Positions 46,388-59,400 of a DNA stretch of 64,000 nucleotides are shown piece after piece. The stretch covers positions 24,304,001 through 24,368,000 of the forward strand of contig NC_073388.1 in assembly GCF_028641065.1 (NCBI RefSeq), read 5' to 3'. A program made the translations under genes and the position numbers. The notes below the pieces were generated by a model that saw only the letters and a list, made by a program, of their open reading frames with translations, did no database searches and was not told the origin of the DNA. This DNA comes from Leucoraja erinacea. Lineage: Eukaryota. Numbering within the stretch: position 1 is the stretch's first letter; each line of letters opens with the position of its first letter.

Positions 46388-46489
46388 CAGTTATTTTAAT
46401 GAACTAGCAAGAGAATACTGGATTGTATGTGGTCTTGTATTTTGAATGAGCGATAAGACTAACTCTTTTTTTCCCTTCCGTTTCACTTT

Positions 46490-46830
46490 AATGACCCTAG
46501 GAGGGGCAGATGCTCCTCAAACTGCGGAGCACCTTTGACAATAAAGCTCACCCCCTCCAATAAAACACTGGTCAACTTGAGGAGTACCTTCAACAACAGA
46601 CTAGTTCCACCAAGATGCAGTACAGAACACCACAGGAGATCCTTCTTCCCTGTGGCTTTCAAACTATACAACTCTGTCGTAGGGTACACTAACTCCCCTC
46701 CCCAATCTTAGCACACCCCAACCCTTTCCACTCATCACTTTAATTTCATATTTGATGTATCTTGTATTTTATGACTGTTGGCAGATCAATTTCCCTTTGG
46801 GATAAATAAAGTTCTATTGTATCGTATAGT
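46490..46830 (+). mobile_element. Rex1/Babar 3' fragment
   Basis: Encodes RSTFNNRLVPPRCSTEHHRRSFFPVAFKLYN; GGGATAAATAAAGTTCTAT tail. Confidence 0.75.
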
Positions 46831-49736
46831 AAAAAGCAGGCATATTTTCATTGTGTTCTGGCCAAGATTTGCAATCAAGCATTTGAGAAAATTATCCAAT
46901 CATTTACATCACTGCACAGTGGATTGAGCGGTTCACCAACAATACCAAAATGATACTTAACTTCAAAGGGATTTCATTGAATGGCCTGAGATGATATTTT
47001 CACACATAGAAAAATCCAACAATATTTCATCCATTGCCAATTGTCTGCCCACTAGAAACTGCAGATACAAAAAACAGAGGGCCATCATATACAATTTGGA
47101 TTCCTTCCCCAACTAACATAGCCAAGAGGGATTTTCATACATTCACTGTTTCTCCAAATCTGATGTGTCCAAAGATTTGGATATATTGTATTTGTATTTT
47201 AAAACCAATTGGCTAATTGTAAAATATTTTGGAATGTGGTAACTTAAGTAAATAATAATCTTTGTCCTTTTCATTATTTACAAAAATGAGTTAATTCAAT
47301 ACATGTAAAGACATAAAGCCATTGTATAAATAATGCTAAATTCAATATCTTTCCACAACATGAAGTTACTCTTTACCGCCTTGATGATAGATTTCTGATT
47401 TTCTCTTTTCACAATTTTATACACTTTCCATCACCATAACAGAAACAAGAAAGATGAACAGATGAAGAATACATCAAGTCTGGGTACATGTTATTATTAT
47501 CAATTATAGTATCATTTTTGCATCACCTTAGACGTCTACACTCCAAGTGTGACGATATTAATGGAGAAGAGAAAGTAAATTCAGAGACATAAATTACACA
47601 GAATAAATGCATAACAGGGAAAAAAATGCTTGAAAAAAAAAAAGCCGTGAAAGATGCTGTCCAGAGGATCTTCTCAGAATAACACTGCTGCTTTGTTGAA
47701 ATTGCTCCGGTTTCAAGCTTGGAGAACCGTGTTGAAATCAAAGCCTAACCTTTCCAGAAATGAAAAAGGGATGAAAATATTGAAATATTTCAAAATATAT
47801 TTTCTACTTCTGATTGATATTTTACTACGTCTGTGAAATTTGTTACATTTATGTTTAAAATTGAGCTGTAAATGAGACAAGAATTTAAACAATTGACGCA
47901 AGATTTCTGAATTAATAGCACACTTCCTTTAACTAAGAAAAAGGTGTTTGTTGCTCTATGAAGATGTTACCAATTAAAACATTTATCTGCTGACATTTCT
48001 ATTAAGGCTGCGAAATCTAATTCACATTAAGTAAGAAAGATCATTTGCTACTGAAGCTGGAATCAGAATTCTAGCTTAGTACGTGAGAAGGTTAAGTAAA
48101 ATGTATCATCTATTGTAGCTTTGTTATTTCCTATTCCAGATTTTCTATTCACTACAAAATTATTGCTTTACTTGCATGTTTATGAGGTGCAACATATTTG
48201 GTGGATACTGAATAAGATGTGTATGCCTATATTAAAAAACAACAACAAATATCCAATGCTACTGCTGACAGTGGACGGTTTAAAACAATAATCAAGGCAA
48301 GAGATATATGAATTAATTATTTTTTGCTTGAACATCCCTAAGTTAATATCTTTTTAATATTATAAACATATACAAACATAAAATATTTAAAGCAGAACAT
48401 TCTGATGTTACTATAGAAGTAGAAATTGGATTTTGTTCTTAATACTGTTTATGTTTAATCTCTACAGCTGTTTAGGTTCAATCTCTATAGCTTTATATTA
48501 CAATTCATTAGATTTCCTATTCATCTTTAAAGATCATCAGTATGAAATCTCTTATTAAGTTACAAGGACTGCAGATGCTGATTTACAAAAAAACTGAGTG
48601 ATCAGGCAGCATCTCCGGAGGACATTAGTATGCAACTCTTCAGACTCTGGAGAAGGGTCTCAACCTAAAACATCACCTGTCCATGTCCTCCAGAAAGGCT
48701 GCCTTACCCACTGAGTTACGCCAGCACATTGGAAAAAAGTTTGTAAATCACTTTCCATGGAGGTCCAATAATTCTGTGAAAAGGATCAATTCCTGGAAAA
48801 TATATGCAATTCTTACTGAAGTTCTGATGAGTTACTCCAGCACTTTGTTTTTTTCTTTTGGAAACCAGCATCTGCAATTCCTTGTGTCTACATTCCAAGA
48901 TATTGTGTTTCGCTAAGTTAATATTCCATTCAAATATCACTAAAATGTTCCAAAGTGCAGAGATGAATCAATGCCATGCACATAGATGATATGCTGACAC
49001 TTTAAATGGCAATGCATCCTAAATATTTCTGAAGTTGGGAACAGAATTATTCACATAGACTTTTGTCTAGTCACCAAATTCATCCACGGGATGAAATATT
49101 ACAAATAAATAGTTTCACTTTATAAGTATAACATGTCTTATGCCTTTTGAGTTTTTCAAAGATGTGTTCTACATTATGCACAAGCTCTTGAATTTGGCAT
49201 ATTATTTTTAGATATTTATATTTAAATAAATCATAGCATCAAATAGGTGCCTCAAATTTCAGTTTTATAATGTAAATAACAAATAAAAACACGTAGCCAT
49301 TTTTTTTTTAAACAATTTATCAAGTACTCAACAAATTCCTTGGTCTCAAGAGATAACATTAATTAAACCAACTTCTATTTCCACGTGGTTCAAATGAAAG
49401 AATAATTATTTTATATTGTCAGCAAACTAATCCAAACAACAACTTGATATAAATAGAGCTATTGATCCCAGTGCTGGTTTCCAGAAATGTGGACGCATAT
49501 CCAGCAATTACTGGAAACATTTCCTTTTGGTGTAAAAGCCAACCAAAACCAATGTGTGCTTCCTTCCATTTGTTGGACAGGCTTGAATAAAGGTAATACA
49601 TTGAGTGAGATCTCAAACTTGATACAAAAGCTTTGCTACATAGCTTTGTTGCAGTCAAATGGCTTCTTTGCTCATCAGAAAAAGATAATCTGGTTACACT
49701 TTTCCGTTTATCTTCCCTCATCACCTACAATCCCTT

Positions 49737-49888
49737 TCATTTTAGGACTGCTAGTTCCTGGAGGAGTTGTTCTTTCTCCCGCTGAAGTTCCAGGATGTGT
49801 TGTTTGTTCTGATCTAAACGATCCTCCAGCCACTGTAGCAGAGGACCACTAATAGATGACATCTGGCTGCACAGATTCTTTGTGAAAA
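49737..49888 (-). CDS. BRCC3: BRCC3 coding exon 8 (stop)
   Basis: FTKNLCSQMSSISGPLLQWLEDRLDQNKQHILELQREKEQLLQELAVLK*. Confidence 0.95.
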
Positions 49889-52800
49889 CTGGGGAAAATC
49901 AAATCAAAATTAACTTATTTGCAGTGAAGGAACCTAAAAGAAAAATATATATTTAAAGCAAAGAAGTCCCCATCAGTGCACAATTTGCATCTAAAGCATG
50001 AAATTGTAGGTTCCTAAGAAACACATTATTTCTTTAGTGCAACTTGGTGCAACACCCGAAACTGGGATAAAGTACACCAAACTCATAATCTATCCAACCC
50101 AATGAAATGTGTACAGAATTACACCCACAGTACTTCTCGCATAGCTAGAGATATGTATAAGAGCCAAATCTTTTATTCCCATTAATGCCTTGTTAATCAT
50201 TCATTTTCAATTGTGATTAACAATCTTACACCACAGCGAGGTTATTACAGAATATAAATTGTCTCTATTTTAGTATTGGATGTTTCCTCTCTGTATTTTA
50301 TTGATTCAAGAATTTATTTTTCTGTGCATCTGAATTCTTGTTTCAGAACTTATACAGTGGGACAATGAGAGATGAGAGAAGGGTGAGAGAAGCTGAGAGA
50401 AGTCAAAAGATTTGGCTGTAGTTTTAATATTTTACACTAACATAAAGTGAATCCATATAAAATTAACCTTTAAAAAAAATCAATTATCTATTGAGTTAAT
50501 TGCATGGAGAAAAATATTTCACGTTACACAGATAACATTTTCCGCATGGTGTACTATTTTTGCATGCCCTCTCATTCCAATTTAGTCCTTCAACAAAATC
50601 AATTAATTCCTCACACATAACATCACTTACTTTGCTCTATTTCATCCATCTCTTAGGTTCTCTTGGCTCAACTTCTCCAACACTACATAACCTCCAAAAA
50701 TTCCAACATACTGCACTGTATTCCTTCCAAATAAAGACCCCCATCCGTATGCATGTGTCGTGGGACTGGGATCCATGGGGATAATATTGTTTGAATTTTT
50801 GAAACTACCTAAAACAAATCATCCTTTCTTCTTTTCAGAGACACTATTGGTGCCTTCCCTCCAATATAAAGGCATTTTCCACCTCTCTAGACTGAAGGGC
50901 TCACTCCATCACTCCATAATCCAGTCCCTACGAAAATAATGAGCATTCAAGGAATGTTCATGAAATCATGTTACATCAATAACTGCATTCAGATAAGAAG
51001 TTAACCAACAGTAAAGAAAATATACACAATAATGCTGGACAGGCGCTGTCTCCACAGTTCAGATATAAATTAATGTGCTAACTGGAATTTGAAATAACAA
51101 GAATTCTAGAGATATTCAACAGGCCAAGCAGCTGGATAGAGAAACAAAGTCAATGTTTAAAATCAATGATTTATTTCATTAACCTCTGAAAAAAAAATTC
51201 CCCTTTCTGCATATGCAGAGGGAAAGTACTTCAAGCATTTCCTCTCCTTAGTTAACAATGGACACTAGTTTGGAGAAGTAATTTTCACAGAATTTTCCAG
51301 CATATTTCAATTATGCCACAGGTTCTATCATCTATAATGTGGTACCTATGTACCTGTGGTATAGCGACAATGATGCTCGCATTACATTGCAGGCAACAAT
51401 ATAAATTTCATTACAAATCACTCAAGTACATTGTACTACCTTCTTTAATTGAAAAAAAAATGTTTTATGGCTATAGTACTCAAGGTGTATCTGAATATGG
51501 CATAGTACATGTTTGTGAACACTACACATAGGAATGCAAAAATAATACCAATAGTAAAAATGTTAAACCACACAGTAAACGTTCATCCTCTGTTGCCTAA
51601 GACAACCATGCCAGATAGTAACACCAGCACTAAAGTTGCATGTTGAACTTTGCTACTAAAACTTCCATGATTACAATGGAACTGAATTTATTGAGGCTTA
51701 GTATAGTACACAGTATCACAGAAAAGTAAGATGTGAAGACTTTGGAAGGGTGCAGAGGAGGTTCACTAGCATATTGGCTGGATTGGAGTATATTAGTTAT
51801 GAAGAGATTTGGACAAATTTGAAGATAGGCACAAAATGCTGGAGTAACTCAGTGGGACAGGCAGCATCTCTGGAGAGAAGGAATGGGTGATGTTTCTGGT
51901 CGAGACACTTCTTCAGACTTTAGACAAACTTGGATTCTTTCCTCAGGAGCATGACACAAGTCTCTGACAGTACTTTAGTTTAGTTTAGAGATACAGTGCG
52001 GAAACAGGCCCTTTGGCCCCCCGAGTCCACGCCGCCCAGCAATCCTCGCACATTAACACTATCCCACACACACTAGGGGCAATTTTTACATTCACCAAGT
52101 TGATTAAGCTACAAACCTGTACGTCTTTGGAGTCTGGGAGGAAACCGAAGATCTCGGAGAAAACTCACACAGGTCATGGGGAGAAAGTACAAACTCTGTA
52201 CAGACAGCACCCGTAGTCTGGATCAAACCAAGGTCTTGGCGCTGCATTCGCTGTAAGGCAGCAACTCTACCGCTGCACCACTGTGCCACCCCCATGCCGC
52301 CAACTCTTCCATTATACCATTCAATGTTCATTTCTTTCATTTTAAACACATTAAATCATTATCTACCTGATCCATTATGAATCTTCGTTATTGGATCCAG
52401 ATGTGTCAGACTGAAAAAAATATATAGAATTACAACTCCATAGAGAATTTCATCTTCAAATTAAGAATTTATTGAGAACATAAATAAATAAACCTAAATA
52501 AATAAACTTCAAACAGGCAATAAAATGCTGTCCTAGTTATAAATATAATCAGCTATCAACATTCTAAACTTATTTCCAAACATGATTAACAAATTGTAAC
52601 CAAAGAGTAACAGCATTTCCCGAACAATGCAAAACTTTCCATCTTGGAACCATGAGTTTGATAAAAAATGAAGCAGGAAAATAGAACGTGATCTCAAAAG
52701 CAATTATTGACAAAATGGTGTGTTCATTATCTTTTTATTACGTGACTAATAGAAGCATCATGTAAACCACTTCTAACACACAAGAGTTTTAAATTTATGT

Positions 52801-53386
52801 CCTTTACTCTATACAGGACTGACCAGTACTATAAACAGAACTTCCAAATTGAAGTTAGGTTGTATACAGGTTACATAATTGCAGATGTATATATGTAATC
52901 TATATATTACTGAAACTCTCATCATGTTTGTTTGTATGCGTGCGTGCGTGTGTGTGCGCGCGTGTGAGTGTGCGTGATCCCGAAACTATGACAAAACGCT
53001 CCACGATAGCGCTGCAATTTTTGGCCCACCTTACTCACCATTGTCCTGTGATGCGCTGTGCAAGATCCGTTCAGATTGATGGTATAATTTACGTTAGTCA
53101 CGTTTTAAACTTTACAAAAACCACTTTGACAAAAATCACTTCCACTTGCAGTGCTCGTTAGCAGTGTATGACGTCATAATGGGATCCTGAATCTCACTTA
53201 CCGAAAAATCGCAATTTTCAAAATAAAAGTGTTTATTCAAATTCTTCCGTTTTCATTCACAATGATATCACAATGGGATCCCGATACTCATTTAAAAAAA
53301 TCGTGATTTTCCATAAAAACTTACTTTTTATCAAATTCTTGGGGGGAGGGTTAATTTACAAAAAAAAAGACCGCAATTATCATTGT

Positions 53387-53454
<68 letters not shown>

Positions 53455-56400
53455 GAGAGAGATAGGGGAGAAGTTTCATTTACAAAAAAACATTGCAATT
53501 TTCATTGTGTGGGTGGGGGGGTGGGATAGGAAGGGGGAATGGGGGGGATAGAGGGAGAGGAGGGCAGTGGGGGGGGGGGTGGAGGAGGGAGAGTGGTGGA
53601 GTGGGATAGGGGAGAGGTGAGGAGTGGGGGAGCAGGGGGATAGAGAGGAGAGGTGGGAGTAGGCAGGGGAGAGGGAGAGGAAAGTGGGGGAGGTGAGGAG
53701 GGAGAGTGGGGAGGAAGGGGATAGAGGGAGAGGAGAACTATACATCAGAAGGTGCAACTCCAACATGATCATGGGAGATCCCTTCCACCCCAGCAATGGA
53801 ATGTTCCAGCTGCTATGGTCAGGCAAACACCTCAATTGACATGCTGTGAGAACGGAGAGGATGAGAAGGAGTTTCTTCCCAGAGGCCAATAGGACTGTAA
53901 ACTTCTATCTCTCCAGGGACTAACTTTACTGTACCATTTTACTGTTGTGTGGTGTCTTTTTTAAATTGCTGTTTTTTTTCCTTTTTCTTCCCTCCCACAA
54001 ATATGTAATATGTGAATTCTGTTCCATTCTGTTTGTAGTTTGTTTGTTTGATTTTTTGCACAATCCGCAAGCATTGCCACTTTTCATTTTCATCTAGTAT
54101 GTGTATGTGACGAATAAACTTGATTTGACTTGACTTGAAATAGTTATGTTACAATTAAGAAATGTATGAATAATGTTTTCAACCATGAACATGGCAGTGT
54201 ACATACAGATGGCGTGTGTGTGTAGTATTAAGCTTGGTTGTATTTCATTTGCACCCTACCTGTGAATTCTTCTATAAGCATCCTGCTCTTCCTGACAAAG
54301 AATTTTTGGAAGTTCCACTGCAGATTCCAGGCATACCTTGCCAATAGTTTCATGTGGCACGACATGAATAGGGATTTCAATTCGTTCATACCTGATATAA
54401 AATGATTAAAAACATTAATAGGGTTCTTATGCTTTCCTGGTCCTCAGATTAGCTCGTGATTTATGATATTTGTATACTCCTAAAGATTAAAGCAGAGCCC
54501 TAACATCATCAATATATTTTGAGAACAAGTCTTCTGCTATACATTGCTTATTTCATTCTCCAGTTCAATACCTGTCAGAGAAAGCAAGTCATCAATTCCA
54601 GACTGAGTTACTGTAAAATGAGTGCAAGAACATATCATTGTTTCCATTCACTCACCGAGAGTTCCCTCATGTTACTAACATTCATTAGAATACATCAAGA
54701 ACCACGACCGTTAATAAATATTGTTTAACATAATGACATATATTTGATTATACTCACTCAGAACCTTTTTGCGCTTGAATTGACTGGAAACAGGTGTAAA
54801 GAACTCGACCAGTCTGAAACAAACAAGGAGAAAGGCAAAATGTATTCTTTATACATGTTACATACATTTTCAATAAGCTATTAAACATAGGTTTTATTTA
54901 GAAAAATTAATTATTTTTATAAATAAAAATAAAAATGTTTGGAGCTTAATCATTAACTGTTAAAATAAACATGCTACATTGGTATGGTATTAATCATGAA
55001 GGAAAGCAGCTAGGGATTGTTCAACTTTGCTTTGGAGTAGAACATAATGACAAATAAAAATTCTGTTCATACTTCCTTTTTCAAATCCACAGGGGATTAA
55101 ATGATGAAAGTGCCCCATCTTCTGATAGCTGAAAATGCTTGGAATAATATCAAGCCCAAGACTGTTCAAGTTCTTACTAATTAGCAGTCACGTTATTCAG
55201 GCAATGAGGAAAGTTGATCTGGGAAATTAAGTTTGGAATGAAGGTTTCCTTCTTAGGAAAACTTGCAAAGAACTTTTTTATCTGTGAGTTGCTGCAACCA
55301 CGTTTGATACTGCCAGGGGGTGCCAACATGTTTCTTTCTATTTCTCTGATGTCTCTCAAATAGACAATGCATTGCATGTCAAGCAAGATTTGAAAAAAAA
55401 GGAAGCAACATGCTTTTAGATGGTTTGTCATGTCCATGGGACATTCCACATGTTTTAGTCACTGACTGCTGAGATGGATTTTGTGTTGGCTCTAGCAAAC
55501 ACAATGTGCACAGAAGTTTAAATAGAATGATCAATTAACTTGCTTTTGTAAATTGACTAAATGTTGGCCAGATAACTTGTTCTTATTTAAATTATATTAT
55601 ACAATCATATATTAAAACTAATAAAACATTCTCAAATGATTAAAAGCAGGAGAGGTCTTTCAGCATTTCTTTTTTTTTTGTATTTCTGATTTCCAAAATT
55701 TGTGTTTGTTTTATCAATCACAATTGTACATATATAATTTGTGCTTTTTCACTTTTAGTCTATCATTAACAGTTACACCAATATCATTATATAACCAGAT
55801 AGTTAAACCAACAATAAACACAATGGCTTTCTCTCCATCTCTTTGGGGAAGCAATGAACATTGATGTCTGGATCAGCACACAAAAGAATAAAAACTTATA
55901 TAAACCTTAGTGTTCTTGTCTTCAATGAAACAAGAAAAGATAAGCCCTACAAAACCCTGGTCCATCATCTGGTACATGGCCTGAGTTCGGACATCTGATA
56001 GAGAGAAATAGAGCAAATAAATGTTGTTTCATGAGCAAATTTTACAACAGGTACAACACATGGTAACCAAGCTAAAAGCTCAAGATATTGCAGGTAAAGT
56101 TATTCAATATAATTTAGCAATTATAGACCTGTTAGTTTGATGTCAGTGGTGGGCAAATTAATGGAAAGGATACTTAGAGATAATATATATTTGATTAGGA
56201 ACAGTCAACATAGATTTGTGCCTGGAAGGTCATGTTTGACTAATCTTCTTGAGTTTTTTGAAGAGGTTACTAGGGAAATTGATGAGGGTAAAGTGGTGGA
56301 TGTTGTCTATATGGGCTTCAGTAAGGCCTTTGGCAAGGTTCCACATGGAAGGTTGGTTAAGAAGGTTCAATGGTTGTGTATTAATAGTGGAGTAGCAAGA

Positions 56401-59400
56401 TGGATTCAACAGTGGCTGAATGGGAGATACCAGAGAGTAATGGTGGATAATGGTGGATGTTTGTCAGGTTGGAGGCCAGTGACTAGTGGGGTGCCTCAGG
56501 GATCTGTGTTGGGTCCACTGTTTTTGTCATATACATCAATGATCTGGATGATGGTGTGGTAAATTGGATTAGTAAGTATGCAGATGATACTAAGATAGGT
56601 GGTGTTGTGGATAATGAAGTAGATTTTCAAAGTCAACAGAGAGATTTAGGCCATTTGGAATGGGCTGAAAGATGGCAGATGAAGTTTAATGCTGATAAGT
56701 GTGAGGTGCTACATCTTGGTAGGACAAATCAAAATAGGACGTACATTGTAAATAGTAGCGAATTGAGGAATTCAGGAGAACAGAGGGATCTAGGAATAAC
56801 TGCGCATAGTTCCCTGAAGGTGGAATCTCATGTAGATAGGGTGGTAAAGAAAGCTTTTGGTGTGCTGGCCTTTATAAATCAGAGCATTGAGTATAGAAGT
56901 TGGAATGTAATGTTAAAATTGTACAGGGCATTGGTGAGGCCAATTCTGGAATATGGTGTACAATTTTGGCCGCCAAATTATAGGAAAGATGTCAACAAAA
57001 TAGAGAGAGTACAGAGGAGATTTACTAGAATGTTGCCTGGGTTTCAGCACCTAAGTTACAGAGAAAGGTTGAACAAGATAGATCTTTATTCTTTGGAGCG
57101 CAGAAGGTTAACGGGGGACTTGATAGAGGTCTTTAAAATTATGAGAGGGATAGACAGAGTTGACGTGGACCAGCTTTTTCCATTGAGAGTAGGGAAGATT
57201 CAAACAAGAGGACATGATTTGAGAATGAAGGGACAGGGGTTTAGGGGTAACATGAGGGGGAACTTCTTTACTCAGAGAGTGGTAGCTGTGTGGAATTAGC
57301 TTCCAGTGGAAGTGGTGGAGGCAGGTTCGATTTTATCATTTAAAAATAAATCGGATAAGTATATGGACGGGAAAGGAATGGAGGGTTATGGTCTGAGTGC
57401 AGGTAGATGGGACTAGGTGAGAGTAAGTGTTCGACGCGGACTAGAAGGGCCGAGATGGCCTGTTTCCGTGCTGTAATTGTTATATGGTTATAATTTGAAT
57501 CTGAAGCAGTATTGTAGGAGGATAACAGATAATATACTGGCAAAGTTTAATCTGGCCTAATCTCCAGCATTGGTATAACAAAGTCCTATTTAAGGCTGAT
57601 GACCAGCACCTCATCTTCCACCTAAGCATCCTTTTAGAGTCAATATCAAATTATACTTCTTTAGTTAACTTGCATACTGGGTGCATTAGAACTGACCTCT
57701 CCATTTGTGATATGGACTCTGCTTGTTTTTCTCTATTAGCAAAGCATGTCCCACAGCTCCACATTTTGCAACTTTTGTATTCACTCCCACTCTCATTTCA
57801 TTACTTCTATATTCCTTTGTTCAAATTATTTCGCTAACTGCCCACATTAAACCATATATCTGATGAGTTGGTTTACAACTCATCTCCACCGCACCAGTGG
57901 ATTCACCTGATCAGAGAAATTCTCTTTGTATCATTCATCTCTTCCCCACCCTCTTTGTTACTTAAAGGCAAACTGTTTGCCCTTCCTTGTTCTGATAAAA
58001 GGTCTTTGTCCTGAAATATTAGCTCGGTTTTTATTTGCAAAGATGCTGCCTGACCTGCTGAATGTTTCCAGGATATATAATGAACAAATGTTAAGTTTAT
58101 CATCCAGTGAAAGTTAAAATCCATACGAGGGAGCTGTTAACATGAATGAAATTGGATGTCAGTGAGGTGCAAAAAATAATAAAACAATTTTTTTAAATGT
58201 TCACAGTGCACATTAGCTCATATTTACTCAATGCTCACTTCCTTCATTTACTTACCTACATGAGAAGGCCATACGGTGATATGTGGATGAGAATGGTACC
58301 ATCCCACCACTCTCATTGGGTGGCCAGTCATATCAGCTAATCTGTGCAACTGGTCAAAGATTATAAATTAAAGTTGAATCACTTATCTTTCTGAGAGATT
58401 CTTCTCTAGAAAGCCTGAACACTGCAATCTCCAAGTAGGAAAAACATTATCGGATCCCTCTCATAGTAACACCTTAATGCACACAAAATACCTTCAGAGA
58501 TTTACAAAGAAAATAAAGTCGTGAATGATTTTCTCTCCAGAAATAAAACATTAATAATTGTCTGCATCATATTTTGCTATTGTAGCTTACAGAACATTTA
58601 CCTGAATCCTTTGGAAATTTAATTCTGTAAAGAATAAACATGTTTAGGTCTGCAATCCTTGTCTTTTGTTTACACATATCAAATGCATGTATTCAATCTG
58701 GGGCTATCTAATGAAGATTCTGGATTCAAAGTTACTTACCTTGTGGGAACATGAACAAATTAGTTTAGTTCAGTTTATTATTATCACATGTACTAAGGTA
58801 CAATGAAAAAACTTTTTGTTGCGGGCTATCCAGTCAGTAGATAAGACTATATACATGATTACATTCAAGCCATCCACAGTGTACAGATACAGGATGAAGA
58901 GAATAACTTTTAGAGCAAGATAAAGAACAGTAACATCCAATTAAAGAGGGTCTCCAATGAGGAAGATGATAGGTCAGGACCACTCTCCAGTTGGTGATAA
59001 GATGGTTCAGTTGCCTGATAACAGATGGGAAAAAACATTATCTGATAATATTTGCAGCGAGAAATGTTGGACACTCTAAACAAAAATAATAAGAAGCTTT
59101 ATAACTGCAGAACCCTTCACCATAGCAATCTCCATTGTGTGATCACTGAAAGGATATCTCAGCTTCAGTAGAGGCTGCAGATAGTTGCTCTGGCGAAATT
59201 TCCACCCGATCTTTGCGCTTATCTGAGCGACGGAGGATAATAACTGAATGAATGTGAACAATCCTGCTTGTGTCAACCTAAGAAAATATAAAGGGATTCA
59301 CCAATTATATTTTGATTTAATTCTGAGCCTTTCAAATTTATACAACATTCTCTCATTTCTGGAAACTGGCCTCACAATTAATCAGAGAAACAAATAATGA

